Assembly: GCA_964016885.1 (NCBI GenBank)
Contig: OZ024741.1
Location: forward strand, 236,344,001-236,408,000
Source: Eledone cirrhosa
Taxonomy: Eukaryota
Length of the DNA: 64,000 nucleotides
Direction of reading: 5' to 3'
Position 1 is the first letter of the stretch; every line of letters begins with the position of its first letter. Below, piece by piece: positions 1 through 12,374 of this stretch. Under the pieces are notes generated by a model, which made no database searches, was not told the DNA's origin, and worked only from the letters and a program-made list of their open reading frames with translations. Made by a program: the position numbers and the translations under genes.

Positions 1-189
1 AGACTGTAGGTGGGGGGTTTACATCAGATGATCTTCCTAGCTCTGTGTGTTTTGTTGATACGGGTAGGATGAATATATGTAAGCTTCTCATTAAAGCCAC
101 TTTTTTTAAATGCATGTTTATAGTAGGAATGCACCAGCTTCTGCTCCTGAGCATAAGTTCGGATTTAATTCACAAAAAAATCCCCCTTA

Positions 190-1150
190 CAACAAAGATA
201 TGTTAATCAAGCTAATTAAAAAACTCCCTTTCAAAAATTAAAGGAATCTATTCGTACGGGCCAACGAAACTAGGAACACCTACAAATTAGTTAAACTATT
301 GTATGATTCACTACAGTCTAGTAATATCACGGATACCTACAAAAAAACGAAAACAACCACACTGTGTACAACGACGAAAATCCTACTTCCTGCTGAAAGA
401 CCATAAAGAAAATTTTACTGCAAACCCCCAAATGTCGCCAAATCAACCCCATGAAGAGCGAAATAGGTAAAGTCAGCAAACAAATTATCGACAATCAGAA
501 GATCTACCAATTTCAAGCAACAGAACTGCAGCAGTGCCACCATCAAATGGTTCATCAACATAAACGACAAACATAACTGCAATTTGATATTGTCGATTTC
601 TACCCACCCATTTCTCGCGAGCTACTCCTCCAGTCCCTGGAATTCTGGAAAAAAATTACACCACCATAACAGACAACGACGTAATAATTATACTAAATGT
701 GAGGAAGTGAAAGCTGTACCACGATGACTCTTTCTGAGTTAAGAAGCACGGTGCTGAACTCTTCGACGTTGCAATGGGTAGTTTCGATGGAGCGGAGGTG
801 GCAGACATTGTCTGTTTATACCTGTTACACACCCTGAAGAACAAGCTCCCATGCGTTGAACTTGGACTATATAGAGACAATGAACTTAGCCTGCAGCTGT
901 AATAAGCACAATGTGGATATGCTGAGAAAAAACCTAATTAGCACGGTGAAACAGCTAGGCCTAAAATCCACTGTTATAACCAACCTAAAAATTGCAGATT
1001 TACTGGATATAACCCTGGATCTAAACATGGGCCCCACCGACCATTTCATAAACCAAACGGAGACTGAAACTACATCAACAAAGGCTACACCCGCCCACCC
1101 AGCATTACATGCCACAAAGCAGTCTTCCAGCATCGCTAAAGTCCAGTAAA
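190..1150 (+). mobile_element. Degenerate Penelope-like element RT fragment (Naiad-type)
   Basis: Frameshifted translation gives LLKDHKENF..P.CRQINPMKSEIGKVSKQIID, FDIVDFYPPIS, FDVAMGSFDGAEVADIV and GLYRDNEL (mutated YRDD), then LLDITLDL. These are PLE RT motifs. Confidence 0.88.
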
Positions 1151-1344
1151 AGAGTCTCATTTTACGCTTCCTGTTTCCCTTCCTCCGTGTGTAATATTTA
1201 ACCTTTTCTTTTCTTCCTTTCTATCCTTTTCCTCAAGTTTCCCCCAGTCCCTCTTCTTTTTATATCTACACACATACACCCACATGCATACATACATAAT
1301 GGCTGCATTTCAGTTTTGAGAATTGCTATCACTTGACCTTTTTC

Positions 1345-1612
1345 TCATACGTGGGTGGTATGAACATGACTTTTTAGCTTTATAAAGGGTTTAGATTCCT
1401 TTCTGCGTATGCTACAGCGAAAGGAAACAAAAAGACCATGTTCACGCAACACGTGTGAAACTCGTTTAAAGTATGTGATGCCTGGACCAATCCCATTCTC
1501 TGAACAAGGGTGACAGGTAACCAAAAAGAAGAACAGCTCAACATCATTGGTTGCCATCGAGTCGCAAATCTTACATCAGAGTTTTACTTCTAGAATGATG
1601 TCCTAACAAATA
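1345..1612 (-). mobile_element. Fragment of RTE-derived non-autonomous retroelement
   Basis: 1515-1600 is similar to 20160-20260 and carries a TCTAG..GAAG.AAAACTCTGA-like RTE 5'UTR motif on the minus strand. Confidence 0.55.
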
Positions 1613-1790
1613 CTACGAGGGTGGGTTGAAAAGTTCATAGACTGACTACGAAGAAGTGATGTTTGAGTTGTGAAATCTTGCATGCATTAATTTTAACTCT
1701 TCTTATTAATAACTGCATTGTTTCTTGTCAGGTAAACTGACATCTGACTGTTTCAAGAAGAATTCAAAAGTAACTAGTAGCGGCCTTACA
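1613..1790. mobile_element. Mariner-like terminal fragment
   Basis: TA followed by CGAGGGTGGGTTGAAAAGTTCA, a mariner TIR-like start. Mariner transposase remnants lie nearby (2040-2255). Confidence 0.55.
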
Positions 1791-2039
1791 GAGTAACTAG
1801 TAATAACCTTACAGAGCAAATTTTACATTGAAAAAAAAAAAAAGACCAAAGATTGTTAATTATATCGTATTTGAATTAACGTACATTTTTTCCACATCTT
1901 ACACAGACATATAATCACTTATTAGTTAATTAATTATATGAACAAAAAATTGGGTTCATCAGAATTAATAAAAAGAATACAAGAAACATTTTACCTCCTC
2001 GATTCATTAATATTGAAAGCAAAATGAATTGACTTTCTT

Positions 2040-2255
2040 TGGAGCAAGTTTGGAGGTGTGTTTCTACAGTATGGATTCTCTTTTTGTCTCTGGCTCAAAG
2101 TAATAAATCCAAAACCCATCCTGGGTTAAGAAACATTTAGGGAAACCAGCTGGCTGTGCCTCAAACAACGCCAGATTTTCCTGTGATATGATCAGCTTTG
2201 TGCGTTTTTGATCAATGATATTGACCTGTTCTTCTGTTTGAAGACCTGTCACCAT
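2040..2255 (-). mobile_element. Mariner transposase remnant
   Basis: FLTQDGFWIYYFEPETKRES resembles the mariner first catalytic-D motif (T.DE.W...Y.PE.K.QS). Confidence 0.75.
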
Positions 2256-2609
2256 GGTTCAAAGAGTGGGATTAGACCTGTAAAGGATCTCACTTAAAAA
2301 AGCTTCAAGCATAGGTATCACTTGATCTAAACGACTTTCACATGTGTTGCGTGAACATGGCCTTTTCTTTTTCTTTCGCTGTAGCATATGTAGAAAGAAA
2401 TCTGGCGTTGTTTGAGGCACAGCCAGCTGGTTTCCCTAAATGTTTCTTAACCAAGGATGGGTTTTGGATTTATTACTTTGAGCCAGAGACAAAAAGAGAA
2501 TCCATACTGTAGAAACACACCTCCAAACTTGCTCCAAAGAAAGTCAATTCATTTTGCTTTCAATATTAATGAATCGAGGAGGTAAAATGTTTCTTGTATT
2601 CTTTTTATT

Positions 2610-2702
2610 AATTCTGATGAATCCAATTTTTTGTTCATATAATTAATTAACTAATAAGTGATTATATATTTGTGGAAGATGTGGAAAAAATGTGCGTTAA
2701 TT
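2610..2702 (+). ncRNA. Degenerate hammerhead motif (mirror copy ~1874-1966, minus)
   Basis: AATT-CTGATGA-ATCCA...TGGA-AAAAA-T-GTGC-G-TT-AATT. The GAAA core is mutated to AAAA. The mirror copy has the palindromic loop GTAC. Confidence 0.45.
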
Positions 2703-3365
2703 AAAATATGATATAATTAACAATCTTTGGTCTTTTTTCTTTTCAATGTAAAATTTGCTCTGTAATTTTTCTAGGTTGTTTCCGTTGATTTTAAAAAATT
2801 CAGAATTAGTCGTTTAGTTTACATATTGAGACCCCCAACCCATCCTGTTTATTTTATAACGTATGAGATTTCTCGTAATGTACTTTTTTGTCATTATAAT
2901 GTTTTTTAATGCTTAAAGAAAATTAATTGTCGCAGGAATGCTACCAATTAAAATAAAATTTCGCCGGAGATAGATTATCAAAATGTAATAAGGGGGGGGG
3001 GGGGGGATCTGAAAAATCAATATCAGATTTACCATCCATTATCAAGGGGTGTCTGGAGGGGAGGAGGCTTCAGAGAAATCAGAGATTTCCTTCCAGATAG
3101 CTGTTTATTAAAAAAAAAAAATTAAATAAAAAAGTTACCGAAAAAGTTTTGGATTAATAAATTGCTTAGGTAACTTTCTGTCATTTTTCTTTGATTTTAT
3201 TTTCCTTCCTTCGTCAGCCACTTTTTGCTTTCTACCTCATCTCTCTCAATTATCTTCCGTTTACTTAGGTAATTCTAACCCACTTCCACTGCACGGCTTT
3301 CTAAACATACCCACATTTCATTTTCATATTCCACAATGCTTCAAGCAAACTATCACAACTTATGT

Positions 3366-3402
<37 letters not shown>

Positions 3403-3454
3403 AATAGACACATTTTCAGGGTTATAGAAAAATCACTGAGGCATATTTACAATA

Positions 3455-3520
<66 letters not shown>

Positions 3521-3599
3521 TAGGAACGATCGACTTTCGTCAAATCGGACCGAGGGAACAATGTTTCCGTTGGTCTTTCAATTGCTAATACTATCTATC

Positions 3600-3737
3600 G
3601 GTCGCAACTCCAGGTAGAAGGAGCAACATGAAATAAAGTGTCTTGCTCAAGGACATAACGCATCGCCTGGTCCAGGAATCGAACTCACAACCTTACGATT
3701 GCGAATCCAATTCTCTAACCACTCAGCCACACGCCTT
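3600..3737 (-). mobile_element. tRNA-derived CORE-type SINE, partial
   Basis: Minus strand GGCGTGTGGCTGAGTGGTTAGAG (A box), GAGTTCGATTCC (B box), then the CORE-like TGTCCTTGAGCAAGACACTTTA. Confidence 0.8.
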
Positions 3738-5144
3738 ATATATATATATGAAAGGTATAGAAAGAATTGTAGCAAGAAGCCAACAGTATTCCATATGTGT
3801 GTGTGTGTGTGTAAGTATTGTAAAGAGATAAAGAGAGACAGAGGAGCAAGAATAGTCATTGAAAAGGCCACAGGAAATGTGATGAAAGGGCTTAGGCAAT
3901 TTACATGTAAACAACGATCCAGTTAATAAATTAACTGTTGGATGGATTAGTTACGCAACTAATATTAAAGTGAAGTGTTGCGTATGTTTTTATTGGTAGC
4001 ATGGCCCTCCCAAAATACAAAAATATCTGTTGCACCACACGATTTCACGTCTTGCAAAACAAATACAAAAACTATATATATATATGCATGTTTTCCTTTC
4101 AATACATATATACACCTGATGACGTCACCAAAGTCTTACGTCATGATTTGATGATGTAACTTGGCCATAGAAATATGTATTGTGATTTGCAACATTAAAA
4201 GAATAGTTCGTGTCCGGCCTTTCTGTTGTCTTTATATATGTGTGTGTGAGCCTAATATAACTGTGTAAAATTCCTCCTGTATTTTTGTTTACTTCAATAC
4301 AAATAATTTAACCAATATAGTAAAAAAGGAAAAAAATATATATACGCAGGTCTCCTTTTTTGAAACGCACAATTTTTCTTTTGGGATTTGCTTTTCACCA
4401 GATCATTGTTTTTTTAAATCATTTTTATTACCTCTGATGATACTTGGCTATGTTCAATATATCTATTTACTCTTTTTTTCTATACTGGTGTAGCATAAGT
4501 ATTAGTTAAATTATTTGTACTGAAGCATTTGTAAGGCATTAAATGATTTATGAAAGCCTATGTTATCATCTGAATTTGTTCTACATGCTGTTATTTGTCA
4601 CCCTTTTCTTCTTTTCTTAAAGAATATCTTATATCTATAATGACATACACATTGATCTTAAATATATATTAATTGACAATTTTGATTCTTTTCTGGTTAA
4701 TACCTCACACACATGTATATATATATAATATATACATATTATATATATAATATATACATATTATATATATATATATATATATATTCTGTCAAAGGATATC
4801 TTGTTTTACTCATAACGAGTTAGTCACAAATCGTTTTGAGTGAAACGAGAAATATATTTATGTTATTTTTTCTAAAAATATATGCCGATCAAGAAACGAT
4901 TCAAAGATATATTGCAATTCATGATACATCTGCTCATTATGAGTTCGATCGTTCTTAATCAATAGTAGACGCAGCACTCCATGCCATTCGTTTTATCTTG
5001 CATATATAATATATATGAATAGAAGAGTAGGAATAAAACTGATAGATAATAATGTAAGATGGAGAGAGAAACGGAGAAAATACAGGTATAACAAAAGAGA
5101 GTAACGAAAACTAGTGGGGGAATGCGCAATTATAAAGACTGAGG

Positions 5145-5344
5145 NNNNNNNNNNNNNNNNNNNNNNNNNNNNNNNNNNNNNNNNNNNNNNNNNNNNNNNN
5201 NNNNNNNNNNNNNNNNNNNNNNNNNNNNNNNNNNNNNNNNNNNNNNNNNNNNNNNNNNNNNNNNNNNNNNNNNNNNNNNNNNNNNNNNNNNNNNNNNNNN
5301 NNNNNNNNNNNNNNNNNNNNNNNNNNNNNNNNNNNNNNNNNNNN
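5145..5344. other. Assembly gap (200 N)
   Basis: Run of N. Confidence 1.
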
Positions 5345-5717
5345 TAATTATATGTACACAATTACACGTTAAAATATTAAGGCATATACAAAGTATATCA
5401 TCTATACACCCATATATCTAAATGTATGTTCATTCACTGCTAGTTATACACAAACTTTGATATATTTAGACATACATACGTCCTCATCATATATATATAC
5501 AGTTCCATGCACACTTCTACAGTCAAACTTTTATAAATTTGTGCGTCTGTTAATACAAATTCACACAAACGTGTGAGTGTGTGCGTCGAATCACCTGCAT
5601 TAACACACACACACATATATATATATTACTCTGGGAATGTATTCTACATTATCTATTGAGTACGCTGAATTACAACCGGTCCTGGCACTGTTATATTTGC
5701 TGGGTCCGTCAACTCCT

Positions 5718-5790
<73 letters not shown>

Positions 5791-7558
5791 GTTGTTGGCC
5801 CTCATACGTCGAAATCGACGAGATAATTCATCATATATTTATATTATAAACATATATATGTATGCATATATATATATATGTATGTATGCATATATATATA
5901 TGTATGCATTATAAATATATATGTATGCATTATAAATATATATGTATGCATTATATATATATATATTTGTTTATAATATAAATATAAATATGTGTGTATA
6001 TATACACCATGTTATTATACATACATAATATGCCGGAAATGTTAAATTCATAGTGTATCTATTAAAACACAAATAATATATTTGTGTGTACGATTGGTAA
6101 ACTATTCACACCCCGCCAAACACAACACACACGTATTTACACATAGAATACACACACATATTTATATACATGCAAAGAAAAGCAGGTCACAGACAAACAC
6201 ATGCCATAAACTAACATATACACACACGCAATCGTGCTCACACATACACAAACGCATTTAGATAAACATAGTAAAGAAGGCAGAGACCCATACACATTAC
6301 AGAGACTAATACACATGCGTGCGCACACACCACACATATTTCCGCACAGACACATACGTATAAACATACACAGAGACGTATGCAAACATTCACGTACTTT
6401 CTCTCACACTCAGCCATTAACATACAAAGGCGTAGATAAACACAGCTACGCAGACGTCTACAAACAGACACATAAAACACACAAGGCTACGCAGACAGAG
6501 ACACAAACACACATCTCTAAGCAGACGGACACACATACACTAGACACACACAACTACGCTGAAATGCACAAGCAAACATACACAACTACGCAGACACGTA
6601 TAAGCACACACACACGTAGAAATACGCAGACAGACACACAGCTAAACAAATACACGCGCACACACACGGAGACGCATACAAATATACACAGCTACACACA
6701 CACACATAAACGTCTGCACACACCTACACAGGCGCATAGACACAAGAGAGAGCAACGAGTACGCATGAAGACGTATTAGTTTCCCCACTTACCTACACAG
6801 GAGCATACATACATACACACGTGTGTACATCCGTGCATATGTATGTATGGAGGCTGGATTCGGCTTTTTAAGTTTGGTTGATATTTTGGGTTTGTGGTTT
6901 GTTCTAGGTGTCTTTTGTTTTGTTGCTTTCTCTTTTGGTAATAAGACACAATGTTGGGAGCGAAGACGGAGGAGACGTTACACAAAGATATCATATATAT
7001 TACACACATATATAGATATAATAATAATTATATGTATGTGTACCACCCCCTAGAGAAATCAAATAATAATAGTAATGAAGAAAATAGCGATGGGTGTGTT
7101 AAAGAGATTCTGATGGTGTTGTGTGAGAAAAATCGACCATTATTGTCCAGCCATCCAAGAAGACAAGGCCGAAATTCTGTGTCTTCTTTATACACAGACA
7201 CTTCCAAGATGTCATGAACAGCTCAGCTCCCACAGCAGCAAGTAATGGCGCGGTCAGCCAATAGGTTTTAACACACCACAGACAAGTCTAACTTGCCTAC
7301 AGACTGGCACATATATCTACTTATCGAGCCATTGCTGGTAGCCAAGCCAAACACACAGAGAGAAAAACAAAAACAAAAAAAAGCAAAAAATTGAAAAAGA
7401 CAAAATAGTAGAGACCCCCCAAAAAAACTCTATCTCTCTCCATTTGCTGTGTGCTTTCTTTCTGTGCCACACAGAGAAGATGGAAAGCAGTGTGGCAGGC
7501 AGTCGGACCGGCAAACAGACAGACTCAATACTTACATAGATATATAAATAAATAAATA

Positions 7559-7590
<32 letters not shown>

Positions 7591-7727
7591 CATACATTGA
7601 TATATGTGTATATAAATATGTACGTTATATATATGTGTGTACGTATATATCTTGATATCAGAAGATTTACATCCCTCTTTTTCTATGTAGTTATAAACGT
7701 GTATAAATATACTTATACATGCACAGC

Positions 7728-7764
<37 letters not shown>

Positions 7765-7890
7765 ATATAATGTTAATAGATACAGTAATCTGCGCATGGA
7801 CACAACCATAATTCCAAATAAATATGAAAACCAAATTATAAATGTAAATTTATTTATTTTTATGTGTGTATATATATACTTATACACACA

Positions 7891-7932
<42 letters not shown>

Positions 7933-8092
7933 GCATATATAAATATATTAAAATAGAATAATTTATATTATGTGTATACACCCCCCTCCCCCACAATATA
8001 TACATAATGTAAATATATATTCAATATATATGTAAATATATATACATATATATGTATATATATATACATTATATATTAATATATTACATATA

Positions 8093-8123
<31 letters not shown>

Positions 8124-8135
8124 TGTGTATATATT

Positions 8136-8194
<59 letters not shown>

Positions 8195-8724
8195 TTATAT
8201 ACATAGGTGTGTGTGCGCGCCTCTACTAAAGCCGACCGGTCGGTCAACGTAGGGCATTTATCAAGTGCGTGCTTTTACAAGTATGCAGTTGGGACACAAC
8301 ACACCGGAAGACACACTGCATACACCCCACCTTCACTGCACACACACACACACACACACACACAAATACACAAACGGGTAAGCGATGACTTGCTAGATAT
8401 AACAGATAAATCTCCCTCAAATAACATATGTTCTCATAAAAAAAGTATGCTCATTATATAATGTGTTCCTCTGTACTCAACATGACGAGAACAGGCGATA
8501 AACAACAGCATTAATCAAATACAGGCCCATTCACTCAAACATATACCAACACACATACGCAGTTACACCTCATCCCACCACTTGTTCACTCATAATGTTT
8601 TTACACATCATTTTATGTTCTCTATGCTTCCACACATTCTCTTTCACTCAGTCATATTTCACATTTAGACTTAACGTATAAACGTGCACGTTCACATTAC
8701 ACACAAATAAATGTATGTATATAC

Positions 8725-8897
8725 ATGGTGGCTGCCAACTCGTTTTCGAGTACGGCCACTACTTTATATCCATGTAGGAGAACCCCTACCAATGCGCTGA
8801 ACGAGTGTGACTTTTTAGTCCAGCCAGCGACTTGAAAACTCTGGTACAAACACTACACTTGTGACAATTATTGACACATAGTGGTGGGCCCATGGTA
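8725..8897 (-). mobile_element. 3' fragment of RTE-derived non-autonomous element
   Basis: Near-identical to 19870-20042. Flanked by ATGT/CATA-type repeats. Confidence 0.75.
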
Positions 8898-9005
8898 CAT
8901 ACATATACATATATATATGTATATACATACATTTATTTGTGTGTAATGTGAACATGCATGTTTATATATATATATATATGTGTAATAAACAACATAAGGC
9001 AATTA

Positions 9006-9065
9006 TTCCATTTACCAGTGGTTTCTTAAAAGCAAAACATTTTGCTTTCAATCATCAGAATGAAA
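9006..9065 (-). ncRNA. Type I hammerhead ribozyme
   Basis: Exact mirror of 9114-9173. Confidence 0.88.
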
Positions 9066-9113
9066 AAATCCTGGTCAATTTATTGATATTGGATTCTAAA
9101 TTGACCAGGATTT

Positions 9114-9173
9114 TTTCATTCTGATGATTGAAAGCAAAATGTTTTGCTTTTAAGAAACCACTGGTAAATGGAA
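9114..9173 (+). ncRNA. Type I hammerhead ribozyme
   Basis: Stem I TTTCATT/AATGGAA; core CTGATGA; 11-bp stem II TTGAAAGCAAA/TTTGCTTTTAA; GAAA; stem III CC-ACT-GG; GUA cleavage triplet ending at 9166. Confidence 0.88.
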
Positions 9174-9269
9174 TAATTGCCTTATGTTGTTTATTACATA
9201 ACTATTAAGCTCTGTTACCTACATAGAGCACTCTTTTTTCCTGGACTTTTCCGACGGAATTACTTCATT

Positions 9270-9302
<33 letters not shown>

Positions 9303-9532
9303 GTAAATAAGCATACATTACACACACATATGCATGCATATATATATATATATAAATATATATATATTTATATATATGTACATATATGCATATAGAGAAG
9401 ACCACATATCGGGAAACTCCAGATTGGCAGGCTACAGGATCAGCCTAAAATTCTCTCCTCTTATATATATGTGTATGTATATATGTGTGTGTAAATGCGT
9501 GTGTAGAGATGTATTAATTTCAATTGCAATTA

Positions 9533-10130
9533 TCTCTATATATAAAGTTGTAGTTCCTGTCTGTTTGTTTGTTCACAAACTCCGCCTATAGTTTTGGCGA
9601 TAGACCCCCATAACCATATATATTCTGAAACTACATTGCCCAGGGTATTTGGATAAGTATATTTCATTTTAATCAAAGGGTTTCCAGGGGCACAAACACC
9701 GGCTGAAAATTTTTTCCCTTCGATTTATATGAAATTTAAACCATGGGTAAATGACAAGATATGATGCCTATTCACAAAATTTCAGCAAATTTCAATAATA
9801 TTAAGACACCCTAATGGGGGTTAAACTCGCTATAGTGAAAATTTTGGAAACCCATAACTTGAATATTGGAACCTCTATTATCACGGGGTTTTTCTATTAA
9901 TGAAATGTAAATCAACAAAAAAAGCACCTCTTTTATAGTAAAATTTGACTAATTTAGACATTTTATCTATGGGTAAACATCACTAGAATTATGACAACAA
10001 AAATTATTAGTTCTCTATGTTTTTTCCTTTATTTTTCCTCCATAAATTATATCACTGATTTAAAATCAATCATCGTTTTCTTACAAAAAAAAATGTGTGA
10101 AACGCAGCAAGGCGCGGGTAATTCGGCTAG
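9533..10130 (+). mobile_element. Non-autonomous Helitron
   Basis: A|TC(TCTATATATAAAG..GTCTGTTTG) start, subterminal GC hairpin, CTAG|T end. Confidence 0.75.
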
Positions 10131-10147
10131 TGGTTATATAGATATTA

Positions 10148-10216
<69 letters not shown>

Positions 10217-10221
10217 TCTCT

Positions 10222-10534
10222 GTGTGGCTTAGTGGTTAGAGTATTGGCCTTGCAATCGAAAGGTTGTGAGTTCAATTCTCAGACCGGGTGATCTGACACT
10301 TTATTTCACATTGCTCCAGTTTACTCAGCTGTAGAAATCAGATGATAGGGACTGGGGTCCCTATCATTCCACTGCAAAGTGGTCGTGGAGGTGCCACGGC
10401 AAAAAAGCACCCAGCCCACACTGTAAATGAGGTTGGTGTTAGGAAGGGCATCCAGCTGTAGAAATCGAGCCAGAATCAGTTCCCGTCCCACCCTTGCAAG
10501 CAGGGAAAAGCAGACGTAAAATGATGATGATGAT
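10222..10534 (+). mobile_element. tRNA-derived CORE-type SINE, near full length
   Basis: A box TGGCTTAGTGG, B box GAGTTCAATTC, CACTTTATTTCACATTGCTCC, GGAAGGGCATCCAGCTGTAGAAA and a (TGA)n tail. Confidence 0.82.
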
Positions 10535-10539
10535 ATATA

Positions 10540-10602
<63 letters not shown>

Positions 10603-10605
<3 letters not shown>

Positions 10606-11260
10606 ATATCTGGTAGAGAATATTGAGAAGCCAGAGGGGATCACTAATGTAGGCGGGAAGCCGCTGGAATTGGTTGAGGACTTCCTGTATTTGGGAGCAA
10701 AGATTGGGAATATGGAAGATGATGTGGTTGAGAGGAAGAGCAAAGCCTGGGCGGCGTGCCACAGCTTGAGATCGGTGTGGAAGTCGGACCTTCGTAAAGA
10801 CCTGAAAATCCGCCTCTTCATTGCTGTAGTGGAATCTGTGCTGCTGTACGGGTCTGAGACTTGGACACTGACCAAGAAACTCACTCAGATGGTGGATGAG
10901 TGCTACACGAGAATGCTGAGGATGGCTCTGAACATTAATCAGTATACACTGAGGATGAAAAACTCAGAGCTGTATGGGAGCCTCCCAAAAGTCAGCTCAA
11001 AAGTGACACAGAGGAAACTGAGGTTAGCTGGACATGCTCACCGACATCCAGAGTTGACATTGTACTCAGTGCTCCTGTGGGAGCCCCTAGATGGACACAC
11101 TGGAAGAGGAAGACCAAGGTTAACGTATGTTGATGCCCTAAGGACAGACACAGGTCTGTTGGAGACGCAGGACATGGCAGCGATAATGAGGGACAGAGAC
11201 CGCTGGAGAGAACTCATCCATGGATCTCGGGAATTTTACCCGCCTTAGATAGATAGATAT
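10603..11260 (+). mobile_element. 5'-truncated RTE-group LINE (ORF C-terminus, open 10601-11248)
   Basis: VEDFLYLGA..KIRLFIAVVESVLLYGSETWTL..YTRMLR..RLAGH..RGRPRLTY..DRDRWR. (TAGA)n tail right after the stop. Confidence 0.9.
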
Positions 11261-11545
11261 ATATATAACATATATACACAGTCATGCATGTATATGTGTG
11301 TATATATATTCATACATGCATTTTCTGTTGCAGGTACAGACGGAAGATAAGAGCAGTGAACACGTAATATTGTAGATGAAAATATATGTATTAACATTTT
11401 GATATATTCATGCATTATCAGATGTTTCGTTAGCCGTAAAAACATCTAACTGTTTACATGTGTTAATATGAAACCACTGGTGATGCAGGAGTAAGTCAAA
11501 CTTTTAATACAAAACATACTTACACACACAGACACACACACACAT

Positions 11546-11617
<72 letters not shown>

Positions 11618-11693
11618 CGAAGGAAATGTGGTAAGGAACCAGGTGGACCATAACGCACCAAAGTACTCAATACTAAGGGTAGTAGAGTGGGTA

Positions 11694-11816
11694 ATAGGAA
11701 CAAGTAAGACCCCGACGGCTGAGCTCAAGCCGTTTCGACGGCTAATTCTGTACTGAATTCAGTACAGAATTAACCGTCGAAACGGCTTGAGCTCAGCCGT
11801 CGGGGTCTTACTTGTT

Positions 11817-11821
<5 letters not shown>
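11694..11821. repeat. 128-bp spacerless palindrome carrying hammerhead 3' halves
   Basis: 64-bp arms with one mismatch, centred on GAATTC 11755-11760. Each strand reads GAAA-CGGCT-TGAGCTC-AGCCG-TC-GGGGTC. Confidence 0.93.
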
Positions 11822-11876
<55 letters not shown>

Positions 11877-11909
11877 CATATGCATATCTTTATTTTATTA
11901 TAGAAATGA

Positions 11910-11956
11910 CTTCTACAGGACTAGAACTGTTTCATTCGTAAGAAATCATCAGGAAA
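11910..11956 (-). ncRNA. Type I hammerhead ribozyme
   Basis: Minus: TTTC-CTGATGA-TTTC-TTAC-GAAT-GAAA-CAG-TTCTAGTC-CTG-TA-GAAG. U.U pair at the base of stem II; GUA triplet. Confidence 0.72.
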
Positions 11957-12019
11957 ATGCTTATACTCTACTAACGTATTAGGCATCTTTTTTAACCCTG
12001 GTCACCTCTCAGGAATCCG

Positions 12020-12097
<78 letters not shown>

Positions 12098-12126
12098 AAG
12101 TGCGTTAGAAACGCCGTTATATATAT

Positions 12127-12374
12127 AATAATAATATAATAATAATGAAATTATTGTGTACAGTGCTCAGGTGCACTACAACTCGTCAAAAGTGCATGTA
12201 TAGTACATAGAATAATATACAAATGTCAGGGAAGTGAATAGTGTATGAGTCATGATATACATGTGTGCGTGTGTATGACATTTGTATATTATTCTATGTA
12301 CTATACATGCACCTTTGACGAGTTGTAGTGCACCTGAGCACTGTACGCAATAATTTCATTATTATATTATTATT
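12127..12374. repeat. Inverted repeat, ~100-bp arms ending in (AAT)n/(ATT)n tails
   Basis: 12127-12228 vs 12276-12374, with about 2 mismatches in the non-tail part. Confidence 0.9.

Larger units (their letters stand above)
1809..2765. repeat. Inverted repeat, ~370-bp arms (1809-2179 / 2398-2765), mariner fragment plus PLE pLTR
   Basis: The arms are reverse complements with few mismatches. Each holds a mariner remnant and a degenerate hammerhead. Confidence 0.92.
8981..9198. repeat. Perfect inverted repeat, 101-bp arms with 16-bp loop (PLE pLTR fold-back)
   Basis: 8981-9081 is the exact reverse complement of 9098-9198. Confidence 0.97.

Noticed and set aside
4112-4184. CAC-CTGATGA...GAAA-T-ATGT-A-TT-GTG hammerhead-like motif
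   Set aside because: Stem II does not close onto GAAA (13 unpaired nt) and stem I is only 3 bp. At best a deleted remnant.
5581-9591. Many ORFs rich in YI/HT/CV/LS dipeptides (and similar ones across the window)
   Set aside because: They are translations of (TA)n, (CA)n and (GA)n microsatellites, with no coding signal.
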